64,000 nucleotides of DNA, from the NCBI GenBank assembly GCA_038087875.1, contig CM075977.1, positions 240,932,001 to 240,996,000 of the forward strand, in the 5' to 3' direction. Below, in pieces: positions 11,213 to 24,203 of the stretch (position 1 is its first letter; each line of letters opens with the position of its first letter). The stretch comes from Malacoraja senta (Eukaryota). The notes beneath the pieces are model-generated. The model had not been told where the DNA came from, searched no databases, and was given only the letters and a program-made list of their open reading frames with translations. A program made the translations under genes and the position numbers.

Positions 11213-12937
11213 TAGTGGTATTTTTTTCCAACATTATATCGTAGATAGCAAGAAATCATATGGGTGATTTATTTATCCAGACACTGAGAGAAATTTTAAC
11301 ATGATAAGAGTAGTTAAAGGGAAACATTGTAATGGAAAATTAAATAGTAAACAAATGTGGGAGATGAGAGTTGATGGATTCACAAATAAAATGATTTGAT
11401 GAAGGGTGGGAAGATTTGCAGGGACATTAATCTAGGCAAGAACTAGATGGCCTAACTGATACCGTGTCAAATATTCTGTTTTACTGTTTATTGGTAAGGT
11501 TTGAACATGGCTAGCAAGAGCAAACTTTATTGATTGTCCCCAATTGTCCTTGAGAAGAGGGTGGTGGGCTAAATTCTTGAATCACTGTCATTTCCATAGT
11601 GAATGTGTTTCCCTGGCACTGTTGGCGAGGCAGTTCAAGTATCTAGACCCAAGGACAGTGAAATATATCCAGGTTAAAATAGTCTATGACTTATTGGGGG
11701 AATTTATAGGTGTTGGCCTGTTTTATGCCAATTCGATTGCAGTTCCAAGTGAAAGCAGAGGCTTGGTGGAATTATTTTTGCTTTCCTTCAACAGCATCGA
11801 TACTTACATGATCCATCTTAAAACCTGCATCAAAATAAATTATCCTTGTCAAGCTGGACAGAGATCAATTTGACATGGGGGCATCCGATTAGTCACCCTT
11901 CATATGAACTCAAGCAAACTTTGCTTTCATGGTTTTTGATCTGGCGTCTTGTTATGCTACTGAAAAAGTGTTGACCATATTACCAATTTCATCAGCTACC
12001 TGGGATTGTCAATTCCCTGGTAGATTGAAATGAGGTAAGGAATACCACGTTTGATTGTAACTTTGTGCTGGAATGGTACTCGGATGGAACGCAGTGGCGG
12101 GTGCCTTGGAAATAATGGTGCTATATATATATACACACACAGAATAACAAATGAGCTGTAACCGGTTGCCGTTGAATGCCGTTGCCATGTGGTCGTCGCA
12201 AGTATTGTTCAAACGTCTCGCCAAATCCACTAATGGTAAAATGTAAATTGAACAGGTCGCGATCAATTCTACCCAGCTGAGGAGCTGGGATTATTTTAGT
12301 CAAGCTGCAGTTTAGCTTCGAGGTACATCATTAAAAAGGTGGTGAAAGTGAATCAATTAAGGGGACAAGATTTACAAAATGAAAACTCCCACAGAATGCA
12401 TGGAAGCTCCAACTGATTTGATGGCCTGGTTGTGCCCCCGGGGATGGAGGGGAGAGGAGGGGGGGGGGGGGGGTTGTCACTTTACAAGCGCTATATAAAC
12501 ACAACGCCTATTATTATGTGCAATGAATGTACAGAGTTCAGGAATTAAATATGTGTGTTTGTGTGTAAGGAGGGAGAGGTGAAATGCTTAATGCATTGGC
12601 AATTCTCCATGATAATGGCTGTGCTCTCTCCTGGCAGCGCGAATAAACGGTTAGAAAATTTGCTGGGTATATTCTGACCTTGCGTTCCTTTGGTAATTAA
12701 CTTAAACGGCGCATTACACTTGTGAGTGATGAATGGTGCACTTGTTTGCTGTTATTCCTGTTGCAACCATTCTGCCACATCCCAAGTGCATTACCAGTGG
12801 CTGTTCTGCGGAGTGCGTGCGAGAGTAGAACATTGCGCAGCTGGTTCGCGTCCCAATTGCTCTTAAAGGACCTGGGGTGAGTTCAGATCGCCCGTTTCCT
12901 GAGACTAGTGTTTGACTGGAAGATTAGAGGCAGGCAA

Positions 12938-13068
12938 AAGAAGGGTCCAGACCCGAAACATCACCTTTTCTCGTTGTCCAGAGATGTTGCATGACCCCCA
13001 GTGTATTTATTTCCGCACTTGTCTTTTTATTTTTGCAAACTAGCATCTGCAGTTCTTTGTTTCTACGT
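12938..13068 (+). mobile_element. Penelope-like terminal fragment
   Basis: AGAAGGGTCCAGACCCGAAACATCACC...AGCATCTGCAGTTCTTTGTTTCTAC. Confidence 0.7.
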
Positions 13069-13127
13069 TAGACTGGAGGTGTCGGGACAAGCGCTGGTGG
13101 GAACTGAATCACCATGTGAAATGCTAG

Positions 13128-13520
13128 TTTAGATTAGTTTATTGTCACGTGGACTGAGGAACAGTGAAAAGCTTTCGTTGCGTGCTAAAGAGACAGTGGA
13201 AAGACTATACATAATTACAATCGAGCCATCCACAGTGTACAGATACATAATAAAGGGAATAACGATTAGTGCAAGATAATGTCCAGTAAAGTCCGATTAA
13301 AGAGAGTTGGGGGGTATCTGGTGCGGTAGATGGTAGCTCAGCATTGCTCTCTAGTTGTTGGTACGATGGTTCAGTTGCCTGATAACAGCAGGGAAGAAAC
13401 TGTACCTGGATCTGGAGGTGTGCCTTTCCTGGAGATGAGAGAAGGGAGAAGAAGGGGTGAAACTTACATTTGATTATGTTGACAGCCTTGTGGAGGCAGT
13501 GTGAAGTGTAAATGAAGTCA
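13128..13520 (-). mobile_element. Rex1/Babar 3' fragment
   Basis: Reverse-complement C-terminus (TTCTTCCCTGCTGTTATCAGGCAACTGAAC) and a GTGACAATAAACTAA 3' end. Confidence 0.7.
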
Positions 13521-13599
13521 TCTTCTTTCCATTGCACCAATGACAGATGTTCATTCAAGGACAGGTGTTCTAGAATAACAGCTTTAATACTGGTACAGA

Positions 13600-14428
13600 G
13601 TACAGAAGAGAGATCGAGCAACTGTCCATATGGTGCCAGCACAATAACCTGGCCCTCAACACCAGCAAAACCAAGGAACTGATTGTGGACTTTGGAAGGA
13701 GTAGGATGGGGACCCACAGTCCCGTTTATATCAATGGGTCGATGGTTGAAAGGGTCAAGAGCTTTAAATTCCTGGGCGTGCACATCTCTGAAGATCTTTC
13801 CTGGTCCGAGAACACTGATGCTACTATTAAGAAAGCACATCAGTGCCTCTACTTCCTGATAAGATTACGGAGAGTCGGTTTGTCAAGGAGGACTCTCTCT
13901 AACTTCTACAGGTGCACAGTAGAGAGCATGCTGGCATCGTGGCTTGGTTCAGCAACTTGAGCGCCCTGGAGAGGAAAAGACTTCAAAGAGTAGTAAACAC
14001 TGCCCAGTCCATCATAGGCTCTGACCTCCCTTCCATCGAGGGGATCTATCGCAGTCGCTGCCTCAAAAAGGCTGGCAGTATCATCATGGATCCACACCAT
14101 CCTGGCCACACACTCATCTCCCTGCTACCTTCAGGTAGAAGGTACAGGAGCCTGAAGACTGCAACGACCAGGTTCAGGAATAGCTATTTCCCCACAGCCA
14201 TCAGGCTATTAAACTTGGCTCGGACAAAACTCTGAACATTAATAGCCCATTATCTGTTATTTGCACTTTATTCATGTGTGTACATATTTATATAATGATA
14301 TATGGACACACTGATCTGTTTTGTAGTCAATGCCTTCTATATTCTGTTGTGCTGAAGCAAAGCAAGAATGTCATTGTCCTATCAGGGACACATGACAATA
14401 AACTCACTTGAACTTGAACTTGAACTTG
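13600..14428 (+). mobile_element. Rex1/Babar LINE 3' fragment (RT C-terminus)
   Basis: NNLALNTSKTKELIVDF, SFKFLGVHISEDLSW, FYRCTVES, LLPSGRRYRS and RFRNSYFPTAIRLLN. Ends in AATAAA plus a (CTTGAA)n tail. Confidence 0.92.
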
Positions 14429-14930
14429 GTAAGTAAGTAAGCAAGTTTATTGGCCAAGTATTCACATACAAGGAATTTGCCTTGGTGCTCCGCCCACAAG
14501 TAACAACATGACATACAGTGACAGTTACGAATGACGCAGAAAACACTAAACATTAATAATAATAAAACATTAATGATAAAACACCATTGATCAAGCACGT
14601 GCACCAACAAAATACCAGATCAAAGGGAGGCTACAGATTTTTGGCTGTTGAGTAGAGCAACTACTTGTGGATAAAAACTGTTTTTATGTCTGGCTGTGCC
14701 AGCTTTGACAGTCCGGAGTCGCCTTCCAGAGGGAAGTGATTCAAAGAGTTTGTGGCCAGGGTGAGAGGGGTCAGAGATGATCTTGCCTACTCGCTTCCTG
14801 GCCCTTGCAGTGTACAGTTCATCAATGGAGGGAAGGTTGAAGCCAATAACCTTCTCAGCTGATCAGACGATTCGCTGCAGCCTCCAGGTGTCGTACTTGA
14901 TGGCCGAGCCAAACCAGACCATGATGGAGA
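14429..14930 (-). mobile_element. Rex1/Babar 3' fragment (different subfamily) with (CTTA)n tail
   Basis: Minus strand encodes IMVWFGSA..LQRIV.SAEKVIGFNLPSIDELY...HPGHKLFESLPSGRRLR. Confidence 0.85.
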
Positions 14931-15249
14931 ACTGGGATTCTTAAAAATTATAGGCGTTTAAACTAATTCCAACCCAATTCCAGGGTGTACCTTGAGAGTC
15001 CCTGCTTCAAAGCGAAAGAAACAACCCCGGTTGACTTGGACTTTTCTCATCTTCCCTGTAACTTCCTGGTTTTCCTCCTGTTGCTCCAGTTTCCTCCAAC
15101 ATCATAAAGTCGTGTGGACCGGAAGGGAATTCTCGGTGATTGGACGGCAATATTTGAAGCACGCTGCAGTATTTAGTAATGTAAATATAAATTATCATCA
15201 TCACTGGCAGTATATGTACAGGCAGAGATTGGTCTCCACACAGCTAATA

Positions 15250-15690
15250 CATAGAAAGTAGAAAGATACAGCAAAAGAACAGGCCCTTCAGCCACAATAT
15301 CTATGCCGAACATGATGCTAAATTAAACTTATCTCCTCTGCCTGCATGTGCTCCTTATCCCTCCACTCCCTGCATATCCATGTGCCTATCTAAATCCTCT
15401 TAAATGCCATTATTGTATCTGCCTGCAATAGCATCACTGCTGGCACTTTCCAGGCACCTACCACCCTCTGCGTAAAAACATGCCCTGCACACCTCCTTCA
15501 AACATTGCCCAATTCAAATTTCACTGTACCTTAATTGGTACATGTGACAATAAACTGACCTTGAAACCATGAAACTTCTCACCTTAATGCTATGCCCTCT
15601 ACTCTTTGATATTTTAACCCTCGGAAAAAGGTTCTGACTGCCTACCTTTTCTCAGCTTCTCATAATTTTATTTGTCTCTATCAGGACATT
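15250..15690 (-). mobile_element. CR1 3' fragment
   Basis: Homologous in reverse to the CR1 3' ends at 8700-8940 and 61353-63975. Confidence 0.7.
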
Positions 15691-15995
15691 TCATGTCAGT
15701 CACCAGACAATTTTGCGGACTGGCTGGGTAAAAATCTACCCCTAATCTCCCTGCTGGATAATAGCTGACTTCTTCATTACCGTGTCCTTTTGATACTTCA
15801 GCAACTAGGTAAGCTATCTGATCAGAAATGATCAATTTCAGTATTCAGATAAAGGATAATATCAGTGGAAAACTGTATCTGTATCACTAAATGTTATTAG
15901 GGTTTTTTTTAAGTTAGTATCAAATATGAAATAAAATAAAATTCTGAAATGAGCAAACAAACTTAATAAATTAAGACTAGAGCAAACAAGAACAA

Positions 15996-16260
15996 GGGTG
16001 GCACAGTGGCTTGGCGGTATAGCTGCTGCTGCTTCCAGCGTCAGAGACCCGGGTTCGATGCTCACTAGGGTTGCTATCTATATGGAATTTGTACATTCTC
16101 CGGTTACTCCCACACTCCAAAGACGTACAGGTTTGTAGGTTAATTGGCCGGTAAAATTGTAAATGGTCCCTAGGATAATGCCAGTCTATAGGGATTGCTG
16201 GTTGGCACGGACTCAGTGGGTCAAAGGGCGATGTATCTCTAAAGTCTAAAGTAAAGTCTA
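15996..16260 (+). mobile_element. V-SINE (HE1-like)
   Basis: GGGTGGCACAGTGGC A box, GGTTCGATGC B box, partial V domain and (CTAAAGT)n tail. Confidence 0.85.
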
Positions 16261-17439
16261 CCAATATGTTACAAAACAGACAATTTTGGAAACAACAGGT
16301 TAGGCAGCATCTGTGCAAAGCAAATGTATTAATCCTTCAGCAGAATTGGGAAAGGAGAAAATATATGTTCTATTCTGATGAAGGATCTCAGAATGTGATT
16401 GTGAGTTTCCTCTAAATACATTTTTAATACCCTGTTTAATTTTAGACCATAAGATATAGGGACAGAATTCGGCCAATCAGCCCATCGAGTCTGCTCCACC
16501 ATTATGTTCAAGATGTCCAGCGGATTTGATGCTGAATTGGACTGTACTTCACACTGAGAAAAACTAAAGGTTCAAACCCCCAAGGCTTGACAGCCATCAG
16601 ATCTTAAAGATAATAGTTTTGCTCTGCAAAACTGGCATTGAAAGAGCAATAGCAGTTTACTTAAATTGTCTTCATGCATTGCATTGATTAACACTGTCAA
16701 GTTATTTTAAACCTTTCAGCTATAGTTATTCTAGGTTTTCTCAATATTGAGTGAAATTATTGCACTGTTGAAGCAATTTCTAACTGACCTGTTTGGCCAT
16801 AAAGTGCCTCCATTAGCAGAGGAGTTCCCACTGACTTAATTGGGTGACATGTATTATCTTGTGGGCAATTCTGCTTAATGAGAATTGATTGATTTCTTGT
16901 GACAGAAAAAAATGCCACTTATGAAAAGTTATACTAACCATGTCTTATCACATACAGGACTTCAATTAAAAACAAAGCAATAAATCACCAGAGTTTTCCT
17001 ACATTCATGCATTTGCGCATTAGAGATATCCAGAAATCCAGTGAGTGACATTTAATTGCACATCATTCTTTGCAGATTCATGTTTCCTTGGTAAAGTAAT
17101 CACTGCAACATCATCTTTGAGGTTAGAATAATGTGAAAAGGAGTTTGATATCATTCACTTTAGCATATTTAAAACTATTGAATCTGGACTGCATGCTACA
17201 CATTTGTTCATGATTTGGGGATTAAGATTACCGTAGCATTTTGAAGAAATGCATTTATGTTTGTGAATGATCTTCCCCAAACTACTGACCACTCTGTTTT
17301 AAACAGTGCCAGCCCAGCAATGGCTCAGTTTAAAATTCTCAACCACATTTCCTATTCTCTCCAAGATATTACCTCTTCCCTCTGATCAGCATTCTCATCC
17401 TTTCCAAATCTTCAGATATCCAATTTTGACCTCTTGTGC

Positions 17440-17662
17440 ATTGCTGTAAGCTCCAACCTTTCAGCCGCCTGGGCAACAGGCTTTGGTGTTTCCTCTCTAA
17501 CATTTTCATTCCTCTTTCAGAAAGCTCCTTAGTCGGGCTTTTAGTCACCTGTCACAATATCTCTTTAGACTGAATGCCAAATATTGTTTGATAAGCTCCT
17601 GTGAAGGCCATCAAACATATAATTATGTTAAAAGTGTTATATAAAGGAAACTTATTTTTATT
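17440..17662 (+). mobile_element. L2-type LINE/SINE 3' tail relic
   Basis: GCTCCTGTGAAGGCC...ATGTTAAAAGTGTTATATAAA resembles the L2 3' stem-loop/tail consensus. Confidence 0.5.
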
Positions 17663-17902
17663 GCTAATGGTAATACCATTTTCACTTTCTATACTCCGTG
17701 TTTGTGTCAAACGAACTTCAAAATGCCATCTATGCATGAATACTAAAATACGAACTATATGTATGTTTGCATGTGTGTGTAAAAGAGAGAGTGTGAGATA
17801 GATATTTGCATGAGATCATTGTTGCTCATATTTTATAAAGGTTAATAAAAACAGAGGATGGGAATGCTGATTTATAGGGTACTAACTATTGTATATAGTA
17901 CC

Positions 17903-20389
17903 CAATCTATACATATAGATTGGGTGAATCAAATTGGAAGGGGTGCTGAGGAAGAGGATTTCTTGGAATGTATGCGGGATAGTTATCTAAATCAACATGT
18001 AGAGGAACCAACGAGAGAGCAGGCTATTTTAGACTGGGTATTGAGTAATGAGGAAGGGTTAGTTAGCAGTCTTGTTGTACGTGCCCCCTTGGGCAAGAGT
18101 GACCATAATATGTTTGAGTTCTTCATTAGGATGGAGAGTGACATTGTTAATTCAGAAACAATGCTTCTGAACTTAAAGAAAGGTAACTTTGAGGGTATGA
18201 GACGTGAATTGGCCAAGATTGACTGGCAATTAATTCTAAAAGGGTTGACGGTGGATATGCAATGGAAGACATCTAAAGACTGCATGGATGAACTACAAAA
18301 ATTGTTCATCCCAGTTTGGCAAAAGAATAAATCAGGGAAGGTAGTGCATCCGTGGATAACAAGGGAAATCAGGGATGGTATCAAAGCGAAGGATGATGCG
18401 TACAAATTAGCCAGAAAAAGCAGCATATCGGAGGACTGGGAGAAATTCAGAGACCAGCAGAGGAGGACAAAGGGCTTAATTAGGAAAGGAAAAATAGATT
18501 ATGAAAGAAAACTGGCAGGGAACATAAAAACTGACTGCAAAAGTTTTTATAGATATGTGAAAAGAAAGAGATTAGTTAAAACAAATGTAGGTCCCTTGCA
18601 GTCAGAAACAGGTGAGTTGATCACGAGGAACAAGGATATGGCGGACCAATTGAATAACTACTTTGGTTCCATCTTCACTAAGGAAGACATAAATAATCTG
18701 CCGGAAATAGCAGGGGACCGCGGGTCAAAGGAGTTGGAGGAATTGGGTGAAATCCAGGTTAGTCGGGAAGTGGTGTTGGGTAAATTGAATGGATTAAAGG
18801 CCGATAAATCCCCAGGGCCAGATAGGCTGCATCCCAGAGTACTTAAGGAAGTAGCTCCAGAAATAGTGGATGCATTAGTAATAATCTTTCAAAACTCTTT
18901 AGATTCTGGAGTAGTTCCTGAGGATTGGCGGGTAGCAAATGTAACCCCACTTTTTAAGAAGGGAGGGAGAGAGAAAATGGGAAATTACAGACCAGTTAGT
19001 CTAACGTCGGTAGTGGGGAAACTGCTAGTCAGTTATTAAAGATGGGATAGCAGCACATTTGGAAAGTGGTGAAATCATTGGACAAAGTCAGCATGGATTT
19101 ACGAAAGGTAAATCATGTCTGACGAATCTTATAGAATTTTTCGAGGATGTAACTAGTAGCGTGGATAGGGGAGAACCAGTGGATGTGGTGTATCTGGACT
19201 TCCAGAAGGCTTTTGACAAGGTCCCACATAAGAGATTAGTATACAAACTTAAAGCACATGGCATTGGGGGTTCAGTATTGATGTGGATAGAGAACTGGCT
19301 GGCAAACAGGAAGCAAAGAGTAGGAGTAAACGGGTCCTTTTCACAATGGCAGGCAGTGACTAGTGGAGTACCGCAAGGCTCGGTGCTGGGACCCCAGCTA
19401 TTTACAATATATATTAATGATCTGGATGAGGGAATTGAAGGCAATATCTCCAAGTTTGCGGATGACACTAAGCTGGGGGCAGTGTTAGCTGTGAGGAGGA
19501 TGCTAGGAGACTGCAAGGTGACTTGGATAGGCTGGGTGAGTGGGCAAATGTTTGGCAGATGCAGTATAATGTGGATAAATGTGAGGTTATCCATTTTGGT
19601 GGCAAAAACAGGAAAGCAGACTATTATCTTAATGGTGGCCGACTAGGAAAAGGGGAGATGCAGCGAGACCTGGGTGTCATGGTACACCAGTCATTGAAAG
19701 TAGGCATGCAGGTGCAGCAGGCAGTGAAGAAAGCGAATGGTATGTTAGCTTTCATAGCAAAAGGATTTGAGTATAGGAGCAGGGAGGTTCTACTGCAGTT
19801 GTACAGGGTCTTGGTGGGACCACACCTGGAGTATTGCATACAGTTTTGGTCTCCAAATCTGAGGAAGGACATTATTGCCATAGAGTGCAGAGAAGGTTCA
19901 CCAGACTGATTCCTGGGATGTCAGGACTGTCTTATGAAGAAAGACTGGATAGACTTGATTTATACTCTCTAGAATTTAGGAGATTGAGAGGGGATCTTAT
20001 AGAAACTTACAAAATTCTTAAGGGGTTGGACAGGCTAGATGCAGGAAGATTGCTCCCGATGTTGGGGAAGTCCAGGGCAAGGGGTCACAGCTTAAGAATA
20101 AGGGGGAAATCCTTTAAAACCGAGATGAGAAGAACTTTTTTCACACAGAGAGTGGTGAATCTCTGGAACTCTCTGCCACAGAGGGTAGTCGAGGCCAGTT
20201 CATTGGCTATATTTAAGAGGGAGTTAGATGTGGCCCTTGTGGCTAAAGGGATCAGAGGGTATAGAGAGAAGGCAGGTACGGGATACTGAGTTGGATGATC
20301 AGCCATGATCATATTGAATGGCGGTGCAGGTTCGAAGGGCCGAATGGCCTACTCCTGCACCTAATTTCTATGTTTCTATGTTTCTATGT
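17903..20389 (+). mobile_element. CR1 LINE, 5'-truncated, young (end of endonuclease domain plus complete RT; three frameshifts)
   Basis: ORFs 17858-19039, 19059-19646, 19523-19909 and 19834-20289 join into CR1 ORF2 ([47 protein letters not shown]). Ends in a (TTTCTATG)3 tail. Confidence 0.96.
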
Positions 20390-20944
20390 ATAACACTTTG
20401 TCTGTGAATGTGGATTATGCAGTATAAGCATTAACAAGAATGTGTTTTGTTTGATTAGTTCATACAATTTAATAGAGGGGTTGAAAAATAAACCATTTAC
20501 AGGTTGCTTTCTCTGGGCTATTCTCCCTACTCTTCAGCCCTGCAAAAGGCCCAGTGAAATTTATACTGCATTGGATCATCCATTGAAGACATATAATTCA
20601 GAAATAATCCTCTACTGTTTTGAAATTATATTAAGATAGACTTACCTCAAGCAAAGACTTTCCTAACGTGTACATAAAGTGAGTTTGTGCAGCTGAATCA
20701 GGTACCAGATCATGTTAAGCATCCAGCTTAGTTATACTCTTAGTTTGTTTCAAACTCAGCATTGATGCTCTTTCATCTTATTTTGCTGGCATGTTTAAAT
20801 GCATTCATAAATTAATTTCAATTTTATTTAAATAATTTTCTGCAATTTGCCTTAAATGTATCCAAAAATAAAACAATTTTTAATTACATTGGCGATAAAT
20901 ACATTTAAAACATTTTTTTTAAATGGTTCCGTAATTAAAGTTGC

Positions 20945-21705
20945 AACAGAGTGGTGCAGCTGATAGTGCGGCTGCCTCACAGCGACAGAGGCCTGGGTTC
21001 AATCCTGATGTCAGGCAGTGTGGGTCAGTAGAGTTTGCACATTTTCCCTGTGACCATGTAGGTTTCCTTCGGGTGCTCCAGTTTCCTCTCACATCCCCAA
21101 AACTTGCAGGTTAGTAGGCCAGTGGGTCTCTGTAATATTCCCCCTAATATGAATTAAAAGCTGGATAACATAAAACTACTCGGAAGGAGTGATCAAGTTC
21201 AAGTTCAAGTTCAAGAGTTCAAGTTCAAGAGAGTTTATTATCATGTGTCCCATATAGGACAATGAAATTCTTTCTTTGCTTCAGCACAACAGAATATTGT
21301 AGCATAAATAAATACAGAACCAGTCAGTGTGTCCATATACCATTGAATATATATATACACACACATAAATAAGCATATAAAGTGCAATAGGCTATTAAAG
21401 TTCAGATTTTTGTTTGAGTTGAGTTCAGTAGTCTGATGGCTGAGGGGAAGAAGCTGTCCCTGAACCTGGATGTTGCAGATTTCAGGCTCCTGTACCTTCT
21501 ACCTGAAGGCAACGGAGAGATGAGTGTGTGGCCAGGATGGTGTGGGTCCTTGATGATGCTGCCAGCCTTTTTGAGGCAGCGACTGTGGTAGATCCCCTCG
21601 ATGGTAGGGAGGTCAGAGCCGATGATGGACTGGGCAGTGTTGATCGATGGTCAGTGTGTTCTTGGTGGGGAGAAGGGCCTGTTTCCATCCTTATAACCAA
21701 TAAAC
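20945..21705 (+). mobile_element. V-SINE (HE1-like) split by a Rex1 insertion
   Basis: A box GTGGTGCAGCTG, B box GGTTCAATCC, and V domain GAGTTTGCACATTTTCCCTGTGACC...GGTGCTCCAGTTTCCTC. The 3' part resumes at 21646. Confidence 0.85.
21195..21640 (-). mobile_element. Rex1/Babar 3' fragment, TSD TGATC
   Basis: Close reverse-complement match to 13998-14428, with a (CTTGAA)n tail. TGATC at 21190-21194 and 21641-21645. Confidence 0.9.
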
Positions 21706-22077
21706 TTTTTTGGTTACATGACACTATAACTGCTGAGTAAAGAGCCTGTCCCACGGGCAGGCGATTCCATGCGGCAAGCGCGAACTCCCCAGAAGCGGGG
21801 GCCGCGCGGGGGGGCGAGTGATCACCGTACGGCCTGTCTCACGGGCATGCGCTTCCATGCTGCGAGCGCGACCTTACCAGAAGCGGGTGCCGCGCGGAGG
21901 CCGAGTGATCACCGTATGGCCTGTCCCATGGGCATGCGCTTCCATGCGGCGAGCGCGACCTTACCGGAAGCGGGGGGTGAGCAGACGTCCAGTTCGAGCA
22001 AAGTCTGTTGGAAGCTCGAGCGTTTTTTATGTAGGTGAACACGGGTAGGTGATGTTTCGGTTTTTATGTAGGTGAAC

Positions 22078-22270
22078 ACGGGTAGGTGATGTTTCAGGTC
22101 GAGACCCTTCCTCAGACCATAGAAGACTGCAGAAGACTTCAGTCCGAAGAAGGTGTCTCGACCCGAAACACCACCTGTCCACAGAAGCTGCCTGATCTAC
22201 TGAGTTAATTAATCCAGCATTTTTGGTGTGTCCATCTTTGGTGTAAATGGGCATTTGCAGTTCCTTGTAA
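22078..22270. mobile_element. Head-to-head inverted Penelope termini with two hammerhead motifs
   Basis: Minus-strand CUGAGGA-A-GGGUCUCGACCU-GAAACAUC (22088-22115) and a plus-strand degenerate CCGAAGA...GAAACACC (22144-22172). Confidence 0.7.
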
Positions 22271-22509
22271 CTCAATTTCAATGTAACATCCAGCAAGGAC
22301 CTTCTCAATTGCGGCATTATTCCTGAAATCTGGTTCAAAAGATCTGGTGAAACAGATATGTGATTCATTCTTTAATTGGGGGGGGTCAGAGGATGATCTT
22401 TGGTTCAGAGCTGGTTAAAACGTTTTGAGCAGTCTTGGCGGGGTGAATCCAGTCGACCCGTGTTTTAAAGGGACAGGCCACCCTGAATGAACATGTCTTT
22501 GTGCGAAGA

Positions 22510-22710
22510 GCAAAAACTGGTGGAGGATCTCAGCGGGTCAGGCAGCATCTGTGGAGGGAAATGCACAGACGACGTTTCACACTGATGAAAGGTCTCGATT
22601 CAAAACATCACCTGTCCATTTCCTTCCATAGATGCTGCCTGACCCGCTGAGTTCCTCCAGCAATTTGCTTTTTTTACTGGAGATTTCAATATCTGCGTTT
22701 ACTTGTGTCT
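22510..22710. mobile_element. Palindromic (fold-back) Penelope-derived element
   Basis: Arms CTCAGCGGGTCAGGCAGCATCTGTGGAGGGAAATG and CATTTCCTTCCATAGATGCTGCCTGACCCGCTGAG surround CTGATGAAAGGTCTCGATTCAAAACATC. Confidence 0.75.
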
Positions 22711-23857
22711 CCACTCAATGAGTAATGCCTTTACAGTAAAGTTTACTGGCTCGCAGCAAAGGGAGGCGATCTTTATTGCTGGTCAATTCAAAGATATTAT
22801 TATTAAACGCAGTTCCTTCCTTCACAACAATTCCAGAGTTGACGGAGACGGTGCACGTGATGTCGAGGCGGTGCGCGCAGCCTCGATGCGGCAACGGGGC
22901 GGCAGGCCGTTGCCACGCGGAATTTTTGAACAGTGTCGGTTTTTCGGAGCCCCGCGCGGTGTCGGGACCAACTACATACGGCTCCGGCGATCTACGTGGG
23001 ACCGACCCCGCGACCTCCGCGCAGTCCCCGCTTCCTGTTAGGTCGCGCTTGACGCATGGAATCGACTGCCCGTGGGACAGGCCCTTTAGATAATTACTTG
23101 ACTCCGTTATGTATGGTAATGTGAATGGTTAAATAAATAGTGTGCTGGATAATTTTGGAAGTGAATTTAAGGGCATCTGCATTCAGACGACATTATCAAT
23201 TATAAGATTGATTTAAACAGATTACATCAAACCTATAAAATACATGAGGTGTTATAATTCTTTTTAATTTCCTTTATCATATTTGCATTTGATGAAACAG
23301 ATAAATGGGCCTTAATTATTTTACTTTCTTATTATTTCAACAGCATTTTAAAATGATTTTCAACTTTCTTGAGAAGTTTGTGAAGAAACATGAAATTCTT
23401 CAGTGATGTGACTGCAAACTTAAATTAAACCATGTACCATTCACAAAAGACTAAAGGCTCAAGATATCCAAAATGATGATGGGAAAAGGTGATACATATC
23501 TGTAATATATCTGGCTTGAAAGCTTACAATACTGTGACTTTAATTGAATGGGTGAATGGCATCATGGATTACAGTATGAAATGCAAACATTAATAAGAGA
23601 AGAGAAAAATGTATTGACATTGCCTATTTCCTATTCCTATCAAGATGACTGAAGTCTCTTTGCAGCTCATGTAACATAGGAAGCACAGCTATTAATTTGC
23701 ACACAGCAAACTTTCACAAACAGAAATGTGATAATGGACAGATATATATTTTATACTGATGATGTTGGTGAGGAATAATGATAGTCCACAATACCTTCTC
23801 ACAAGTTTAGCCAAAGCCCTGGGACAAAAGCATATGTTGAAAAATGGAGTCATACTG

Positions 23858-24203
23858 CTATAAAGATACAGCAGGGAAACAGGCCCTAGGGCCCATTGAG
23901 TTTGCACCAACCATTGCCTGCCCATTCACAGTCGTTTTGCATTAACCCCATTTTTAATTCTCCTGACATTCTCATCAACTCCCCCCAGAATCTAAACTCA
24001 TCAATATATGGGAGGCAGTTTTATGGTGGCCAATTAACCCATCAATTGAATATCTTTGGTTTTGTCTGGGTTGAAACCAAGTACCCCAGAGGAAGCATCA
24101 GAGTCGTAGGGGAAAATGCAAACTCCACACAGGTAGCATCTAAGGTCAGGATTGAACATAAATCTCCAGTATTGTCAAGCAGCAGCTCTGCTAGCTGTCA
24201 CCA
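23858..24203 (-). mobile_element. V-SINE (HE1-like), degenerate
   Basis: Minus strand ATGTTCAATCCTGACCTTAGATGCTACCTGTGTGGAGTTTGCATTTTCCCC, with 3' GGGCCTGTTTCCCTGCTGTATC. Confidence 0.75.

Larger units (their letters stand above)
21740..23086. mobile_element. Non-autonomous TIR DNA element (MITE-like) with a triplicated left end
   Basis: Left AAGAGCCTGTCCCACGGGCAGGCGATTCCATGCGGCAAGCGCGA matches the reverse complement of the right end, AAGGGCCTGTCCCACGGGCAGTCGATTCCATGCGTCAAGCGCGA. TA flanks at 21738-21739 and 23087-23088. No transposase ORF. Confidence 0.7.

Noticed and set aside
17858-20289. Host gene or active reverse transcriptase
   Set aside because: It is a 5'-truncated CR1 ORF2 with three frameshifts and a typical tail.
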